This document shows positions 61,640 through 64,000 of a stretch of DNA of 64,000 bases, piece by piece. This DNA comes from an uncultured Ruminococcus sp. Its GTDB lineage: Bacteria > Bacillota > Clostridia > Oscillospirales > CAG-272. Each line of letters begins with the position of its first letter. Position 1 is the first letter of the stretch. The translations under genes and the position numbers were made by a program. Location: assembly GCA_964621165.1 (NCBI GenBank), contig CAZULC010000001.1, positions 268,281 through 332,280 of the forward strand, read 5' to 3'. The notes under the pieces were generated by a model. It saw nothing but the letters and a program-made list of their open reading frames with translations, did not search any database and was not told the origin of the DNA.

Positions 61640-64000
61640 ATGAAATTAGATATAAAGAAAACTGACGGGGTGACTGTCGGAATTGACGTGGGGTCCACTA
61701 CCGCAAAGCTGGCTGTGATTCGTGACGGCGCTGTGGTGCGGGAAACCTACGAGCGGCACTTCTCGAAGATCCGTGAAACCATAATCTCCATGCTTGAGGA
61801 CGCACGGGAACTTTTAGGGGATGACCGCTTCACGGCGGCTGTGTCGGGTTCTGCCGGAATGGGACTTGCGGACGCGGCAAAAATCCCCTTTGTGCAGGAG
61901 GTCTGGGCCACGGGCGAGGTTGTCAAGGCGGACTCCCCGGACACGTCCCTTGTAATCGAGCTTGGGGGAGAGGACGCGAAAATCATCTTCTTCGACGGTG
62001 CGATTGACGAGAGAATGAACGGAACCTGCGCCGGCGGAACGGGAGCTTTCATTGACCAGATGGCGACGCTGCTTGACGTGACTCCGGATGAAATGGATGA
62101 GTTGGCAATGTCGCATAAAAAAATCTATCCCATTGCCTCAAGATGCGGCGTTTTTGCTAAATCCGACGTCCAGCCTCTTCTGAATCAGGGAGCTGCGAAA
62201 TCCGACGTGGCGGCCTCAATTTATCAGGCGGTGGTGAACCAGACCATTGCTGGACTTGCCCAGGGACGAAAAATCACGGGGAAGGTCATGTTTTTGGGCG
62301 GACCTTTGTACTTCAACAAGGCTCTGCGGGAGAGATTCGTTGAAACATTGAAGCTGACTCCCGAAAACGCTGTGTTCCCGGAATACGCGAGAAACGCGGT
62401 GTCAATCGGGGCGGCAATCTACGCGGCTTCAATCGGCGGCGGCGAGGACGTGAAGAAGTATACAGTTGACGAGCTGATTGGGCTGATAAAGAACGCGAAA
62501 ATCACGGCTACCTCAACCCGCATGCCGCCACTGTTCAAGGATAAGCAGGAGTACGACGAGTTTGCCGCACGCCACGCGAAAGCTGCCGTTGAAATCTGCG
62601 ACATAAGCGGGTACTCTGGCGACGCGTACCTCGGAATTGACTGCGGCAGCACTACCACGAAGTTAGTTTTAATTGGCAAAGATTTACAAATTTTATACAC
62701 ATACTATGACTCAAATAAGGGCAATCCGGTAGAAATCGTCCGGTCGGAGCTTGAAAAAATTTACAATTTGTGCGAAAACAGGATAAAAATCTGCGGCTCA
62801 GCGGTCACGGGCTACGGCGAGGAGCTGATCACCCACGCGTTCCGGATTGACTGCGGCGTTGTTGAAACAATAGCCCACTACACGGCGGCGAAATTCTTCA
62901 AGCCCGAGGTTGACTTCATCCTCGACATCGGCGGGCAGGACATCAAGTGCTTCAAAATTGCGAACGGCGCTATCGACAAAATCATGCTCAATGAGGCTTG
63001 CTCCTCCGGCTGCGGGTCGTTTATCGAGACTTTCGCCAGGGGCATGCACATGAACGCCGAGGAATTCTCGAAAAAAGCGCTGTTCGCCAAGTCCCCGGTG
63101 AATCTCGGCAGCCGGTGTACGGTTTTCATGAATTCCCAGGTCAAGCAATCCCAGAAGGACGGCGCGACGGTGGAGGATATTTCCGCGGGGCTGTCGATCA
63201 GTGTGGTAAAAAATGCCATTTACAAGGTAATCCGCGCCCATTCCCCGGAGGAGCTGGGTAAAAATATCGTGGTTCAGGGCGGCACCTTCGCAAACGACGC
63301 GGTTCTCAGAGCTTTCGAACGTGAAATCGGTGGAAACGTGACTAGACCGAACATTGCGGGACTCATGGGAGCCTACGGAGCGGCATTATATTCCATGAAA
63401 AACGCAAAGAAAAGTGATAATTTTTCGTCAATTATCACCAAAGATGAATTGAAATCGTTCACACATACGTCAAAAACCTCCACCTGCAATGGATGCGGGA
63501 ACCACTGCCTGCTGACAATCAACACGTTCCCCGGCGGCAAAAAGTTCATCTCAGGCAACAAATGCGAGAAGGGCGCAGGTCTGGCTGAAAAAACAGCCGG
63601 CGTGCCGAACCTGTACGAATTCAAGCGGAACCTGCTTCTGTCAACCTGTCCGGAATGCACAAAAAATGAAGAAAAGTCTGTTGGATCGAACGAAAAGATT
63701 GTGAAATCGGACGAAATTGCAGAGGAAAAATCGTTAAAATCCAACAAAAACAAGCGCGGGAGAATCGGACTTCCACTGACCCTCGGCATGTACGAGCTTC
63801 TACCCCTCTGGACCGGCGTGTTCCAGTCCCTTGGGTTCGAGGTCTGCCACTCAGGAATGTCCACAAAGGCGATTTACGAGAAGGGCCAGTTCACAATCCC
63901 CTCGGACACGGCGTGCTATCCGGCAAAGATCATGCACGGCCATATCGAAAAACTGTGTGAGTCTGACTGCGACGCGATTTTCTACCCCCGTCTGACGTGG
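61640..64000 (+). CDS. Acyl-CoA dehydratase activase-like protein (tandem BcrAD/BadFG ATPase domains plus HgdB-like region), 3' end beyond the window
   Basis: Absent from the ORF track. My hand translation from ATG 61640 gives 787 codons with no stop, running to the window edge. Two ASKHA ATPase modules are present (GIDVGSTTAKLAV.. and GIDCGSTTTKLVL..) with CAGGTGAF and EACSSGCGSF cluster-helix motifs. Confidence 0.9.
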   Translation, partial: MKLDIKKTDGVTVGIDVGSTTAKLAVIRDGAVVRETYERHFSKIRETIISMLEDARELLGDDRFTAAVSGSAGMGLADAAKIPFVQEVWATGEVVKADSPDTSLVIELGGEDAKIIFFDGAIDERMNGTCAGGTGAFIDQMATLLDVTPDEMDELAMSHKKIYPIASRCGVFAKSDVQPLLNQGAAKSDVAASIYQAVVNQTIAGLAQGRKITGKVMFLGGPLYFNKALRERFVETLKLTPENAVFPEYARNAVSIGAAIYAASIGGGEDVKKYTVDELIGLIKNAKITATSTRMPPLFKDKQEYDEFAARHAKAAVEICDISGYSGDAYLGIDCGSTTTKLVLIGKDLQILYTYYDSNKGNPVEIVRSELEKIYNLCENRIKICGSAVTGYGEELITHAFRIDCGVVETIAHYTAAKFFKPEVDFILDIGGQDIKCFKIANGAIDKIMLNEACSSGCGSFIETFARGMHMNAEEFSKKALFAKSPVNLGSRCTVFMNSQVKQSQKDGATVEDISAGLSISVVKNAIYKVIRAHSPEELGKNIVVQGGTFANDAVLRAFEREIGGNVTRPNIAGLMGAYGAALYSMKNAKKSDNFSSIITKDELKSFTHTSKTSTCNGCGNHCLLTINTFPGGKKFISGNKCEKGAGLAEKTAGVPNLYEFKRNLLLSTCPECTKNEEKSVGSNEKIVKSDEIAEEKSLKSNKNKRGRIGLPLTLGMYELLPLWTGVFQSLGFEVCHSGMSTKAIYEKGQFTIPSDTACYPAKIMHGHIEKLCESDCDAIFYPRLTW

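Overview
This 64-kb chromosomal window looks like it comes from a Gram-positive anaerobe of the Clostridia. Evidence is AddAB rather than RecBCD, DUF1292, DUF4445 and acyl-CoA-dehydratase-activase genes, AAGGAGG-type ribosome-binding sites and TGnTATAAT promoters, with GC about 50-55% by eye.

About 40 protein genes are supported:
- A BMP-type nucleoside/sugar ABC importer sits next to guaA.
- Housekeeping genes are mnmG, cimA, ddl, addB-addA, rnz and a Re-citrate-synthase-like gene.
- Glycan-degradation genes are GH3, GH29, GH26-like, DUF4091/GH123-like and GH2, with AraC regulators.
- One AraC-associated locus holds two sugar-phosphate isomerase/epimerase TIM barrels, a sulfatase-like enzyme and three Gfo/Idh/MocA oxidoreductases.
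- One real CDS, the acyl-CoA dehydratase activase-like gene at 61640..64000, is missing from the ORF track because it has no stop codon inside the window.
- Several pseudogenes are present: an anion permease, a GNAT remnant and an XRE regulator.

I recognised no rRNA, tRNA, cas, transposase or integrase genes.

The unusual content is non-coding. Most intergenic gaps carry one of at least four families of conserved, hairpin-rich repeats:
- **Family C** has 3 same-strand copies of about 300-440 nt. Compensatory changes and strand-specific G-U pairs make it the best candidate here for an undescribed large ncRNA or RNA-based mobile element.
- **Family B** has 5 same-strand copies of about 140-300 nt with four covarying hairpins. 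Four of them end 14-30 nt before a start codon.
- **Family A** has about 18 units of about 85 nt that end in a CCCGYGGGG..CCCCGC hairpin. Units are solitary, in 112-bp and 148-bp tandem arrays, flanking a gene remnant, fused to the 3' end of a GH2 gene, and once inserted in frame inside an AraC-like CDS.
- **Family E** is a 149-bp higher-order array of seven GGACnnnnGTCC palindromes.

All calls rest on reading the sequence and the ORF translations. No database search, folding or statistics was run, and repeat boundaries are approximate to about 5 nt.
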